Source: Azolla caroliniana (taxonomy: Eukaryota > Plantae > Polypodiophyta). From it: DNA of 64,000 nucleotides. Where the stretch lies: positions 9,424,001 through 9,488,000 of the forward strand of contig JBHGNT010000021.1 of NCBI GenBank assembly GCA_043228905.1. The letters are read 5' to 3'. The translations under genes and the position numbers were made by a program. This document shows, piece after piece, positions 51,302 through 62,646 of this stretch; positions within the stretch are counted from its first letter, which is position 1, and every line of letters begins with the position of its first letter. The notes beneath the pieces are model-generated. The model ran no database searches. It was given only the letters and a program-made list of their open reading frames with translations, and was not told where the DNA came from.

Positions 51302-54300
51302 TGTCGAATACAAGTGTATAATGGACGTATTCACACTATCCCTTTGTATAGCTCAAGTTTGGGCCATTTGTGTAATTAGCATAAATGGTAGTTGCCCTAA
51401 GTTTGTCACTATATAAAGTGACCTAGTAACCTTTTTGTAAGGTTGGTTGTATTATTGTTTCTATTGAATAGAAAGAGTCTTTTGTGCCTCCTCTCTCTCT
51501 CTCTCTCTATCTCTGTGCACGATCTTAGAAACTGTCATACGCAGGTACTCAACCCCAATCGAATGCTACTTGATCTTCCGCATTGACGGCCTTGTCTTCA
51601 ACATTTGGTATCAGAGCGAGGTTCCTCAACCCACTGACGGCCGTCATCACAGCCTGCACAGTATTCGGCCTTTCGCTTCATCCTAGTCTGCAAAGCATTC
51701 GGTTTCTTGCGTCATTCGAAGAAACAGAGAAGAAAGTAGGCAAACACAAGCTTGAATCTCGCTGCGTTAGATCATCACTCGGAGTAAGCCAGTCGGCTGT
51801 ACTCTACTTCCTTGATCGTAACTGCTTGAGGTGGGCTTCCTGCACAACGATGACTTCAAGGACAACCCCAGTTCGTGTTTCATTCGATTGGACAATAATC
51901 GGAAGGACCAGTCGGTTCCATTGCTCTCACCGTTGCAGTCAACCGAAACCGAATCGGCTTGAAGTACTGTCGGATCGTTAAATCTAGGTTCAACTCGACT
52001 AAGACAGTTGTCGGTAGTCAATCCGAACCAAATCCCCGATTCTCCGTAATCAACATCACTTGTGTCCAACTTCGGCTAGAACGACACTGAGTGGGCCAAA
52101 CCGCTGCACTTCACCAAAGTTCGTAGCCGACTTAGGGCAGAGTCATGACATCAACATCCGGCTCGTCAGAAATGAGTCTACGAAAGTTCGATGGATCGAA
52201 CTTCAACTTCTGGAAGGAGCAAATGCAGGACTATCTCATAGTCAAGGGGCAAATCGATCCCATCGAAAATGAAGCACCTCCAGAAGGATACAAACCAATT
52301 GAGTGGCAGAAGCTGGACAGAATCGTCCGCGCCACGATTCGGATGCACCTATCGGAATCGGTATACTTTACGGTGCAATCGTGTACGACAGCATTCGAAC
52401 TGTGGAAAACACTGTCGGACACCTACGAAAAGAAGGTCGCTGCAACGAAGATGTTCCTGATCCGGCGCCTCTACAACTTGCGGATGAAAGAATCAGATTC
52501 GGTTCAAGCACATCTCAATGAGTACGAAAGCATAAGCTCCCAAATCTCATCTCAGGGGACGGCAATCGAGGATGAACTCAGAGCAATGATACTCATGAGC
52601 AGCCTTCCCTCATCATGGGAAACTTTCGTCACAACCGTGTGCAACGCGTCAACCACGGCTGTTAAATACTCCGAAGTCACGAGCGCAATCCTGACCGAAG
52701 CAGCTCGGAGAAAGTCTTTCGCCAAAGACTCAACAGACGACGCTTATGTAGTACAAGGTTCGACAGACCGATCGAACATACGAGGAAGAGATTCCTCACG
52801 GCAGCCGAACAATCAGCGAAGACGGAGCCAGTCACGGGATAATCGAATCTGCAACTATTGTAAGAAACCCGGACACATCAAAGCCGACTGCCGCGCACTC
52901 AAGAACAAGAACGACAAGTCTCAGAAATCAGACAAGAAGAGTGGCCGGCATGAGGAGATCAATTACGTCAGCTTCTCAGCTGATGTGCTACCAAACGACC
53001 CGAATATACTATCAATCGAAAATCCAGTCGGATCAGAAGTTCTGCTCACGACTGAAGAATCGAGCACATGGCTCTTAGATTCGGGCGCGTCATTTCACGT
53101 GACTCCTCATCGATCCCAATTTCGGCAATATACGATCCGTCACTCCGACTCAGTTCGAGTCGGCAACTCGCAACACTGTGACATCATTGGAATCGGCACA
53201 GTAGAGCTCAACCTTGCAGGTGGCTCTACACTTGTACTTCACAATGTCCGACATGTACCCGAGCTCTCAAGGCCATTGATCTCAGTCGGACAACTAGATG
53301 AAGACGGCATTCGTGCCGGTTTTTCTTCGGGAGGGTGGACACTCCACAGGGGGAACCTCCTGCTTGCTAGAGGACCCAAGATACACTCACTGTATCCGTT
53401 ACATGTTACGCTCAGAGAGGGTAACCTGTTTTTGGTGGATATTCCTGTGTCATCACTATGGCACAGAAGATTAGGACACCTCAGCAAGGCCGGCATTACG
53501 CACCTATCTAGAGCCGGATACATCCCTAAACTCTCCTTCTCGGACCATCAATTCTGCGAACATTGCCAGTATGGCAAACAAGCAGCCGCATCACACCCGA
53601 CATCAGCACCAAGAGAAACGAGACCTCTCGATTTAGTCCACTCGGACGTCTGTGGCCCAATGCCGCATCAGTCTCTCGGCGGTGCCTCTTACTTCGTCAG
53701 TTTTATTGACGATTCGACTCGAAAGGTGTGGGCTTATCCAATTCGCACCAAAGATCGTGTCTTCTCGATCTTCTCCGATTGGCTCGCTATGGTAGAAAAT
53801 CAAACTGACCGAAAACTGAAATGCTTTCGGACCGACAATGGGGGAGAGTTCAAATCAGAAGAATTCGTCAAATTCTGCCGACAACGCGGCATCCGACGTG
53901 AATTTACGGCACCACACAGTCCGGAGCAAAACGGGATTGCAGAACGCATGAATCGGACAATCCAAGAACGGATAGTTTCCATGCTCCAACACTCCGGACT
54001 GTCGGATGGCTTCTGGGCAGAGGCTCTACTCACGGCAGTACACATAATCAATATGTCGCCAAGCAGACCTCTAGGACTTCAAATTCCTCAGGAACTATGG
54101 ATCGGCAGTAAGCCGAATTACGACAAGCTGAGGATCTTTGGATGCGAGGCGTACGCCCTTATTCCGAAAGATGATCGCCGAAAACTTGCACCTCGGTCCA
54201 GGAAATGCATTTTCCTTGGATATGGATCAGACGGCGAAATGGGATACCGACTCTGGGACCCCGAACGCAGACAAATCGTTCGAAGTTCGGACGTTGTGTT

Positions 54301-56671
54301 CAACGAGTCGGCTATGAATCCATCAGTCGAAACACCGATCGAAGTCCGAAGGGTAACATTTTCCGATGTGCCGACCCTTCAAGAAGGCCCCGCTCTTAAC
54401 ACACGGTCAGCTTCACGGGTAGCTGAACCTTACACTACCGACTCGGACAACTCTGACTCGGCACAGCAGAATAATTCGCTTTCGGACCATCCGACCTCAA
54501 TACCCGATACGACCAGTCCAATCATACCTCGACGATCCGAGAGACTGTCGCAACCTCCGGAAAGGTATTCTCCTGGAATTTTCTTCACCGACGCCGGCGA
54601 ACCGACGTCTTACGAAGAAGCATCGACATCTGTCGATTCAGCCACCTGGCATTTGGCGATGGAGTCGGAAATGCACTCCATTCGGGCAAACAAGACTTGG
54701 GATCTGGTCAAATTACCTAAGAATCGACGTGCTCTTCCTTGCAAGTGGGTTTATCGACTAAAAGAGACGTCTGATTCGACCACCCCAAAGTACAAGGCCA
54801 GATTAGTTGCGAAGGGCTTCCGACAAGAATATGGCGTTGACTTCGACGAGATTTTTTCACCAGTGGTGAAAATGACAACCCTTCGTTTTCTACTCGGCGT
54901 AGTGGCAGCCGACAACTTGGAGCTGATTCAGCTAGATGTCAAAACAGCCTTCCTCCATGGTGATCTTGAAGAGGAAATTTATATGGAGCAGCCAAAAGGC
55001 TTCGTGGCAACTGGCCAAGAACATCTAGTCTGCCGACTCAGGAAGAGTCTATACGGCCTCAAACAGGCACCGCGACAATGGTACAAGAAGTTCGACGACT
55101 TCATCCAATCGATCGGCTTCTCAAAAAGCGATGAGGACCATTGTCTTTTTACCAACACAGCTCAAGATGGATCACCCATCTTCCTCATCATTTACGTGGA
55201 CGACATGCTAATTTCTGGACGCCACGCGGGCGAACTTGCCGATCTCATTCGGCAATTGCGGTTGAAGTTTGCCATGAAGGACCTCGGTCCGGCACGACAC
55301 ATACTTGGCATGAAGATTAGTCGGCATCGCGATAAACGACATCTTTTTTTGTCTCAGACCGACTATATCGGACGTGTCTTGGAACGCTTCAACATGCAAT
55401 CAGCCAAATCTGCTTCAACCCCGCTCCCCATGAATCTTCGGCTCTCTCAGCGAGACTGCCCGACATCCGGTCCGGAGGGGGAAGATATGAAGTCGGTACC
55501 GTATGCACCGGCAGTCAGCTCCCTTATGTACCTGATGGTCGCGACACGGCCTGATATTTCTCATGCCGTAGGAGTCGTTAGCAGATTTATGCACAATCCT
55601 GGCCGATCGCATTGGAACGCAGTCAAGCATGTGTTCAAATATCTGGCTGGCACAAAAGACCACGGCATTCTTTTCGGTCCGAACTCAACCTCAGGCGTAG
55701 TCGGTTACACCGACTCGGACTTCGCCGGCTGTATAGACAGTCGGAAATCAACAACTGGATACTGCTTCAAATTCGGCAATGGAGCAATTTCGTGGAAGTC
55801 GAAACTTCAGGAGTGCACAGCGACCTCAACGACCGAAGCAGAATATGTAGCTGCGTCCGACGCTGCAAAAGAAGCTTTGTGGCTCGGCCGGCTGGCGCAC
55901 ACGTTTCGACAAGTCGACCATGACTCGGCCCCAGTTGTCTATAGCGACAGTCACGGTGCTGTTGCCTTGTCGAAAAATCCGGTTCACCACAACGCCTCCA
56001 AACATATCGACGTTCGATATCACTTCGTTCGGAACTGCGTCATTTCAGGGAAAATCGGTCTAGAGAAAATATCCACAACCGACAATGTCGCAGATGGAAT
56101 GACCAAGTGTCTTTTGGCAAACCGCTTTCGGTCCCTTCGGCATCAGATGGGCGTAACGACAAACCAGTCCGGTTAGAGCCGGACACAGCGCAGGATGGTT
56201 TCAGACAACCGACATCAGTTCCTTAATGATCGGCTTCAACTCTTCCGACCCGACCAGTCCGGCCTTCTGCCTTCGGACCCTGCCGACTCGAACAAAACTG
56301 ATATGTCCGAGAACCTAGGTTTATACCTGTAATCTTAGATAACCCATGTATACGCCCATTACGGGGGAGTGTCGAATACAAGTGTATAATGGACGTATTC
56401 ACACTATCCCTTTGTATAGCTCAAGTTTGGGCCATTTGTGTAATTAGCATAAATGGTAGTTGCCCTAAGTTTGTCACTATATAAAGTGACCTAGTAACCT
56501 TTTTGTAAGGTTGGTTGTATTATTGTTTCTATTGAATAGAAAGAGTCTTTTGTGCCTCCTCTCTCTCTCTCTCTCTATCTCTGTGCACGATCTTAGAAAC
56601 TGTCATACGCAGGTACTCAACCCCAATCGAATGCTACTTGATCTTCCGCATTGACGGCCTTGTCTTCAACA
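51302..56671 (+). mobile_element. C4: intact Ty1/copia element (Tnt1/Tork-like)
   Basis: 302-bp LTRs 51302-51603 and 56370-56671 with no differences seen by eye; TSD GTACT; PBS TGGTATCAGAGC 51606-51617; PPT GGGGGAG 56363-56369. Confidence 0.97.
52145..56176 (+). CDS. gag-pol: Copia Gag-Pol polyprotein (gag, CCHC, PR, IN, RT, RNase H), 1343 aa
   Basis: CNYCKKPGHIKADC, WLLDSGAS, HSDVCG/TDNG/AER, YVDD, YTDSD; no stops. Confidence 0.97.
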   Translation: MTSTSGSSEMSLRKFDGSNFNFWKEQMQDYLIVKGQIDPIENEAPPEGYKPIEWQKLDRIVRATIRMHLSESVYFTVQSCTTAFELWKTLSDTYEKKVAATKMFLIRRLYNLRMKESDSVQAHLNEYESISSQISSQGTAIEDELRAMILMSSLPSSWETFVTTVCNASTTAVKYSEVTSAILTEAARRKSFAKDSTDDAYVVQGSTDRSNIRGRDSSRQPNNQRRRSQSRDNRICNYCKKPGHIKADCRALKNKNDKSQKSDKKSGRHEEINYVSFSADVLPNDPNILSIENPVGSEVLLTTEESSTWLLDSGASFHVTPHRSQFRQYTIRHSDSVRVGNSQHCDIIGIGTVELNLAGGSTLVLHNVRHVPELSRPLISVGQLDEDGIRAGFSSGGWTLHRGNLLLARGPKIHSLYPLHVTLREGNLFLVDIPVSSLWHRRLGHLSKAGITHLSRAGYIPKLSFSDHQFCEHCQYGKQAAASHPTSAPRETRPLDLVHSDVCGPMPHQSLGGASYFVSFIDDSTRKVWAYPIRTKDRVFSIFSDWLAMVENQTDRKLKCFRTDNGGEFKSEEFVKFCRQRGIRREFTAPHSPEQNGIAERMNRTIQERIVSMLQHSGLSDGFWAEALLTAVHIINMSPSRPLGLQIPQELWIGSKPNYDKLRIFGCEAYALIPKDDRRKLAPRSRKCIFLGYGSDGEMGYRLWDPERRQIVRSSDVVFNESAMNPSVETPIEVRRVTFSDVPTLQEGPALNTRSASRVAEPYTTDSDNSDSAQQNNSLSDHPTSIPDTTSPIIPRRSERLSQPPERYSPGIFFTDAGEPTSYEEASTSVDSATWHLAMESEMHSIRANKTWDLVKLPKNRRALPCKWVYRLKETSDSTTPKYKARLVAKGFRQEYGVDFDEIFSPVVKMTTLRFLLGVVAADNLELIQLDVKTAFLHGDLEEEIYMEQPKGFVATGQEHLVCRLRKSLYGLKQAPRQWYKKFDDFIQSIGFSKSDEDHCLFTNTAQDGSPIFLIIYVDDMLISGRHAGELADLIRQLRLKFAMKDLGPARHILGMKISRHRDKRHLFLSQTDYIGRVLERFNMQSAKSASTPLPMNLRLSQRDCPTSGPEGEDMKSVPYAPAVSSLMYLMVATRPDISHAVGVVSRFMHNPGRSHWNAVKHVFKYLAGTKDHGILFGPNSTSGVVGYTDSDFAGCIDSRKSTTGYCFKFGNGAISWKSKLQECTATSTTEAEYVAASDAAKEALWLGRLAHTFRQVDHDSAPVVYSDSHGAVALSKNPVHHNASKHIDVRYHFVRNCVISGKIGLEKISTTDNVADGMTKCLLANRFRSLRHQMGVTTNQSG

Positions 56672-56955
56672 GTACTATGAGGATTAGTAATAAGTGGAAG
56701 GTAGTGTATAAGACTAATGAGAGAGAGAGAGAGATGATAACATGTGATATATTATATGAAGAGTAAGTACAAGAATATCTAGGAGGCTTAAGACTGGTGT
56801 TGAACCGAATTGGTTCAAAATAATGCCTTGTGCCTCTTTTTATAGTGTTGTCAAGAGTACTCCTAAAGTTTCTAGAATGTTTCAGAGAAATCTGGAATAT
56901 ACATCAATTTTTTATAGTGAAATAATAAATGAAAACAATGTTTTTGTATTATAAT

Positions 56956-57016
56956 GTATAGCTTAATGGTAGGGCTTCAACCCATGTGACACTAGATCAT
57001 GGATTCAAATCCTTTT
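56956..57016 (+). promoter_or_regulatory. tRNA-like A/B-box segment in the G6 LTR
   Basis: TAGCTTAATGGTAG (56959) ... GGATTCAAATCC (57001-57012) followed by TTTT. Confidence 0.55.
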
Positions 57017-57031
57017 AATGTTGTATCATGA

Positions 57032-59760
57032 TGAAGAGAAAACACGCGGAATATTGCTCGGCCACAACCAAGTCTTGAATCACTTTGATGAGAATGAAAA
57101 ACACAGAAATGGGAAATGAAGAGTACACAAGGAAATACTCAGAATGTTTACGTGGAAAACCCTAAGTGGGAAAAACCACGGGAGCCCACGGACTCCAACT
57201 ATCACTATAGGAGAAAGGTACAATCAGAGCCTCGGAGGCAACGACCCCGAGCTCTGTATCTTCGCCAACCGGTGGTTACAACAGAGTATCTCTCTGTATC
57301 TCACACTCTCTCCCTCTGTGGCTCTCTGTACAACAATATGTCAGCAACATACGACATCCTCACATAAGTGATTGCCCTAAGTCATATTTATACTTATATG
57401 AACTTAGGGCTATTTACAAATATAGCCTCAATAGGCTTACTCAAAAAACATATTTACAAATATGTCTTCTCTTCCGGTTCTCACTAGGTCCTCTTCATTC
57501 ACCACCAAATCCCATCCGGGGGGGCCGATATCCCAACAATCTCCCCCTTCACTACGGCATGGGATGTCTCGCCAGCCCGATCCGCTTTCAGCACGCGTCC
57601 AGCTTGTCGGTTGTCAGCACCTTGGTCAGAATGTCCAACCTGTTCTCCTCCGTGTGGATCTTTGTCAACACGAACTCTTGATCTTCTACTCTCTCCTGAA
57701 TCAAATGGTATCTTCGCTTGATATGTTTCGTCCGGGAATGTACTGTGATCTGATAGCACCTTGAAGACGGATAGCACCTGATCCTTCGTCTTCAACGTTG
57801 TCTTCGGCAAGCCTCTTCATCCCCTTCTCACTCATGTGACACAACCTCTTGTGCCACAGCTCACCGGCATTGTCGGATGCTACATTCACTTCTTCCCGCC
57901 ATATTTGGGCATGCATCAAGTACAATGTGTTGACCTTCTGGGTTCAAGCCACTATTACGCTCCCTTTGCTGAACTTCATGACTCCGTTCCAAATTCTACC
58001 CGTGTAGCCTTCATCATCTAGCCGACCGGCTGATATCAGGTTCAGTCGAACCTCCAGAACGTGTCGGACATCCTTCAGCAGCAACTTCCATCTGGTTGAT
58101 GTCATCAACAGCACATCTCCTATGCTGATAATTCGGCATGTCCCTTCATTCCCCATCCGGACATAACCGTGATCTCTGGTTGTGTAGGATGAGAAGCATC
58201 TCCAGTCCGGTGTCAGGTGGAACGACGCTCCAGAATCGACAACCCACGTTGTCTCGTCACCAACAAGGTTTAACTCATTCCCTTCGGTAATGAGCATCAG
58301 TTCTTCTTCAGTTGTCGCGATTGACAACGTTCCCTTCCGATCCGACCCTTTCCGGTCCAAACCGGTCCAGTCCGAACCCTTCTTCGAATCGGTAGTGCCG
58401 GTTTCTTTCTCTTTCCCGAAATGTCGACAATTCTTCTAGAAGTGTCCCAGCTTCCCACACTAGAAGCACGTGGGCCTCCCCCTTGACTTTGACCTCGTCC
58501 CCGACTTGTCCCGGTTTTGGGGACTCTGATACCGGCCTCGTTCCCGGTTGTGGTCATCTTCTGTGACCAAGGCCTTTAGATCGGTTCCGGACTCCCAGTC
58601 CTTCCGGCGAGCTTCTTCATCTAGCAAGCTTGACTTTACCCTTGTTAGGGACAACTGTTTTCCTTCCGGATCGGTGTTGCCCAACTTGACAACTAACGTC
58701 TCCCAGCTATTCGGGAGGGAACCGATCAGGAGCAATGCGAGTACCTCATCTGCGAGAGGTACTTCCATTGAGGTTGCCTGGTATATCAGTCCCTGGAAGG
58801 CATTCATGTGCTCCACCATACTGGAGCCGTCCTGGTACCGGAGCCTCACTAGCTTCCGGAATACCAAAACCCGATTAACAACATTCTTGTTGTGGAACAT
58901 GATGTCGATCTTCTCCCAGAGTTCATGAGCCTTGCTCTCTTCATTGAAGTTGTTGTATAGGCTCATGTCGATGAAGCACCGGATGTATGCAGTCGTCTTC
59001 CTGTGCATCACCTCCCACAATGTGAAATCTTATCCAGTCTCTTGTCCCCGAACGGAACCGGCAACCAAAGCTCTTTAACCATCAGCATATCCCTCATCGT
59101 CGACTTCCACATTGAGTAGTTGGAGTCGATGAGCTTGAACATACCGCCGAATGATTCTTCCATTTCCTGTGTTGTTCATTCTGATACCAGATTCAAGAGA
59201 AAACGTGCGGAATATTGATCGGCCACAACCGATTATTGAATCACTTCGATGAGAATGAAAAACACAGAAATGGGAAATGAAAAGTACAAAAGGAAATACT
59301 TAGAATGTTTACGTGGAAAACCCTAAGTGGGAAAAACCACGGGAGCCCACGGACTCCAACTATCACTATAGGAGAAAGGTACAATCAGAGCCTCGGAGGC
59401 AACAACCTTGAGCTCTGTATCTTCACCAACCGGCGGTTACAACAACGTATCTCTCTATATCCCACACTCTCTCCCTTTGTAGCTCTTTGTACAACAATAT
59501 ATCAGCAACATACAACATCCTCACATAAGTGATTGCCCTAAGTCATATTTATACTTATAGGAACTTAGGGCTATTTACAAATATAGCCTCAATAGGCTTA
59601 CTCAAAAAAACATATTTACAAATATGTCTTCTCTGCCGGTTCTCACTGGGTCTCCACCGATTTCTGGATCTTTTTTGGTTCTCACCGGCTCTCTTCCGGT
59701 TCTCACCGGGTCCTCTTCATTCATCACCAGATCCCATCCGAAGGGACCGATATCCCAACA
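57032..59760 (-). mobile_element. C5: non-autonomous Ty1/copia element (gag-PR with scraps of IN and RNase H)
   Basis: LTRs 57032-57538 and 59193-59760; TSD CATGA; iMet PBS 59179-59189; PPT 57539-57550; WVVDSGASFH. Confidence 0.92.
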
Positions 59761-59812
59761 CATGACACTATCCCCCCCTTTAAACGACGAGTGTTATGAA
59801 TCGTCTTTGATT

Positions 59813-59990
59813 GAGGACCTGGTTTGTTTCGATATTGACAATGGAAGTCTTAAAGAAGAGCTCGAGCATTCGCCAAATTTGTCACTAGTTCCCAAGTACG
59901 CTCGCTAGGACTATATCCGAACCAATCGACCAAATAATAGAGCTTATTGCGAAAAATCTTGGAGTCGAGGATGGCAACAACCTTGAACTC
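59813..59990 (-). pseudogene. Chromodomain of the G6 integrase
   Basis: Hand translation EFKVVAILDSKIFRNKLYYLVDWFGYSPSERTWELVTNL. Confidence 0.88.
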
Positions 59991-60549
59991 AGGTCCATCT
60001 TCAAGTTCGATCCGGGGTGGAGGTGGTGTAATACGATCTGGGATAGCATTGTCCTGATAGGGTTCTAGGAGAGAACTATGAAATATTGGATGTATCCGAG
60101 GTTGCGGAGGAAGATCAAGGCAAAAAGTAACATCATTAATTTTTCCGTTAATATGGAAATGGCCTAGCCATCAATAATCCAGTTTGTCACACGGTCGAGT
60201 AATCTTGATGTGTTGTCGTAATAGCCATACTCGATCTCCAATAGTAAAAGGGGATGGAAGCCGATGATGATCCGCATACTCCTTCTATGTTTGTTGTGCG
60301 TGATGTAGGTGGATAGATAGTTCTACCTGAATTTGTCGCAATCACTCCAAATCATCCTCTGCACTAGGATTTGTGGGTAACTTAGGAGTTTCTAACATAC
60401 ACCAACGGGGATGATAGCCGATATAAGCGTAGAATGATGAAACCCTATTAGAGGAGTGGGTAGAATTATTATAAGCAAATTCAGCAAAATGTAGAATATC
60501 CGCCCAAAGGAAACACCGAAGATATTGTTCCAATATTTTATTGGTACAT

Positions 60550-61268
60550 TTTCAGGGAAATCCTCGCATGTTCGCGAAATGAAGCGGGACCACCGGGGTT
60601 CTGGACCGGAAGGATTCGATGTTTTTAGCAGCGTCAGCGAGAAAGTATTGAAGATAGATAGATGGATGAAGAGTGAGAGAGAGAGAGAGAGATAGAGATT
60701 GAACCCTTAACTTTAGTTTTACAAGACAAGATACATCACCATTAGGATAACTCCGATCTTTGATTAAAAGTTTCTTTTTTTTAACTTACATCACTTGTCT
60801 CCCTTACAAAAGCCCAACTATAGGCTTTTATAGGTCTCTCCATGCAAAAACCACAGGCTAAAACCATGGTTTTGTGCCCACGGTTTCTATATGTTTGCTT
60901 CCTACAAAATACTGAATATGAAAAGAAAATATACACATTCTACAGCACTCAGTAGTGGCTTTAGTGGGAAGTTAATTTGTCTCTTACATTGGAGGTGCAA
61001 GGTTCAATCCTTGCTTCCACTCCTATGTATGCACTTAAATGTTACTAGGCTTTAGTCTTATTTTTTATATTTACAATTGAGCGCACATCACGCGTGCACA
61101 TGTTTAACTTTACATCTAGCTTTTCTTTTATGATTCTCTTTTGAGTACTATTTACAACATGCTAGCATATGCGTGTGGCCTTCACCCCTTTCTCTCGTGC
61201 ACATTGCACCTTCTTGATTTCGTTTGTTGCACACAATTTTCACACCATTGCCAAAAATCTTCACGACA
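60550..61268 (-). repeat. LTR-I: 3' LTR of a further minus-strand element inserted in the G6 integrase
   Basis: Ends CACGACA next to the PPT GGTGGGGGTGGA (61269-61280, minus); TATA CCTATAAAAG; its U5 end resembles 62489-62553 in reverse complement. Confidence 0.7.
60951..61020 (+). promoter_or_regulatory. tRNA-like A/B-box segment in LTR-I
   Basis: TGGCTTTAGTGG ... GGAGGT GCAAGG-TTCAAT-CCTTGC (perfect 6-bp T-arm-like hairpin). Confidence 0.6.
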
Positions 61269-61289
61269 TCCACCCCCACCAAACCGCGT

Positions 61290-62553
61290 TGTTGTGTGAA
61301 TCTTCACACACTATGTAAAAAAATAATGAAATAATTATTATAGATTAGATTAGTAGCTTACTATAGAAAGATGGATATACTCAAGAGCTTCAAAATGTAT
61401 TTTACTATATACAAAATGGAGAAATATATATCAAGTTATGTGAAAATAAAGTTTGAGAAGATAGGGAAATTAGAACTATCCCACATAGATAGAAAAGTTA
61501 AGGCCCTGGCTATATAAGCACCTTGAGCTCCCTCATTTTTCATTTGTGCTAAGAGCACTTTGGCCACTTTGTCTTGATCGATGATGGTGGCCAAATTCCC
61601 TAAAACCGGAAACCAGCTGGTATGCAAAACCGGAACCGGAACCGGCAAGCAAAATCGGAACCGGAACCGGCAAGCAAACCGGAACCGACCGTCAAGCAAA
61701 ACCGAAACCGACCGGTAAGCAAAACCGGAACCGGAACCAGTATGCAAATCGGAACCGACCGGTAAGCAAAACCGGAACCGACAAGCAAACTGGAACCGGC
61801 CGACAAGCAAAACCGGAACCGGAATCGGCCAGCGAGGGATTCGGCGATCGGGTGGAACCGGTGACCGTACGAGGTTGGGCGCAAATCGAACGGATAAAAG
61901 GATCATGTGGCTATTTAAAGAAATGTAAAAGAGACTAAAGTAAAGGTCAAGTGGACGGTCGCATGCAACTAAAAATAGATTCAACAAAAAGAAAAGCTAT
62001 GCAACTAAAAGTAGAGGCCATGCAACAAAAAGTGGAGGCATATGATCAACGAGGAACTCCATATATAATTCCATTTTTTTTCCTATACTCAAAAGCTCTC
62101 TCCATATAATATATTTCTTTTTCTTTTCCTTCTCAACTCCCTTAGCTTAGGGAAGTAATATCTCTCATAAACCCTAATTTCCTTACGGAATCCAAAAACC
62201 CTAATCTTCCCTACGAAAGCCATAACACTCAAAAATGCTAATCTTCCCTACGGAAGCCATAATACTCATATAACCATAATCTCTTATCAAAGACAAGAAC
62301 CCTAAATCTCTATGGAATCCATATCTTAGTTTCTTCTAATCTATTATTCTAGCAATCTCCTTAAGATAAAACTTTTGTAATCTCAATCTTGAGATTGATT
62401 GTAATCTTTCTTTCCCTTTATTAATGAAATTTGTGAATCTTTATCATTTTGTATTAATTGTTTAATATAAACGCACGAATGTGAATATCTTCCGGTCGGA
62501 GGCCCCGGGGTCCTGCTTCAACGTTCACGTATCCTCGTCGTATTTCCGCGACA
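61290..62553 (+). repeat. LTR-H: probable long plus-strand LTR; left boundary unresolved
   Basis: 3' end TTCCGGTC..CCCCGG..GCTTCA..ATTTCCGCGACA homologous to the LTR-I end; TATATAA ~62062; internal tandem repeats. Confidence 0.5.
61601..61865 (+). repeat. Tandem array of ~25-30-bp units built on AACCGG hexamers
   Basis: About 9 units of GCAAAACCGGAACCG(G/A)...AA. Confidence 0.9.
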
Positions 62554-62646
62554 GCGCGTCCTCTGGTACGTGCCAAGAAGAGAGAGTGTGAGATTTCGAC
62601 TACGGTGATCATTACAATTCCTCCATTTCAAGCATGTCTATTCCTT

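Larger units (their letters stand above)
51246..60549 (-). mobile_element. G6: chromovirus (Tcn1-like) 3' end; its 3' LTR (51246-51301 + 56677-57031 + 59766-59767) is split by C4 and C5
   Basis: LTR termini TGTCA...TGACA; PPT 59768-59780; integrase tail ([15 protein letters not shown]) and chromodomain. Confidence 0.8.

Noticed and set aside
59620-59720. Length differences between paired LTRs of C5, C1 and C2
   Set aside because: Explained by loss or gain of short internal direct repeats; ordinary decay.
61601-61865. CRISPR-like array, or ORFs 61436-61987 / 61600-61884
   Set aside because: No unique spacers and a eukaryotic context; the ORFs are by-products of a stop-free tandem repeat.
62554-62580. 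TGGTACGTGCCA after LTR-H as a PBS or a fifth tRNA-like motif
   Set aside because: It is 10 nt from the LTR end, has no convincing tRNA complement and lacks the T-arm and hairpin; it may be a chance near-palindrome.
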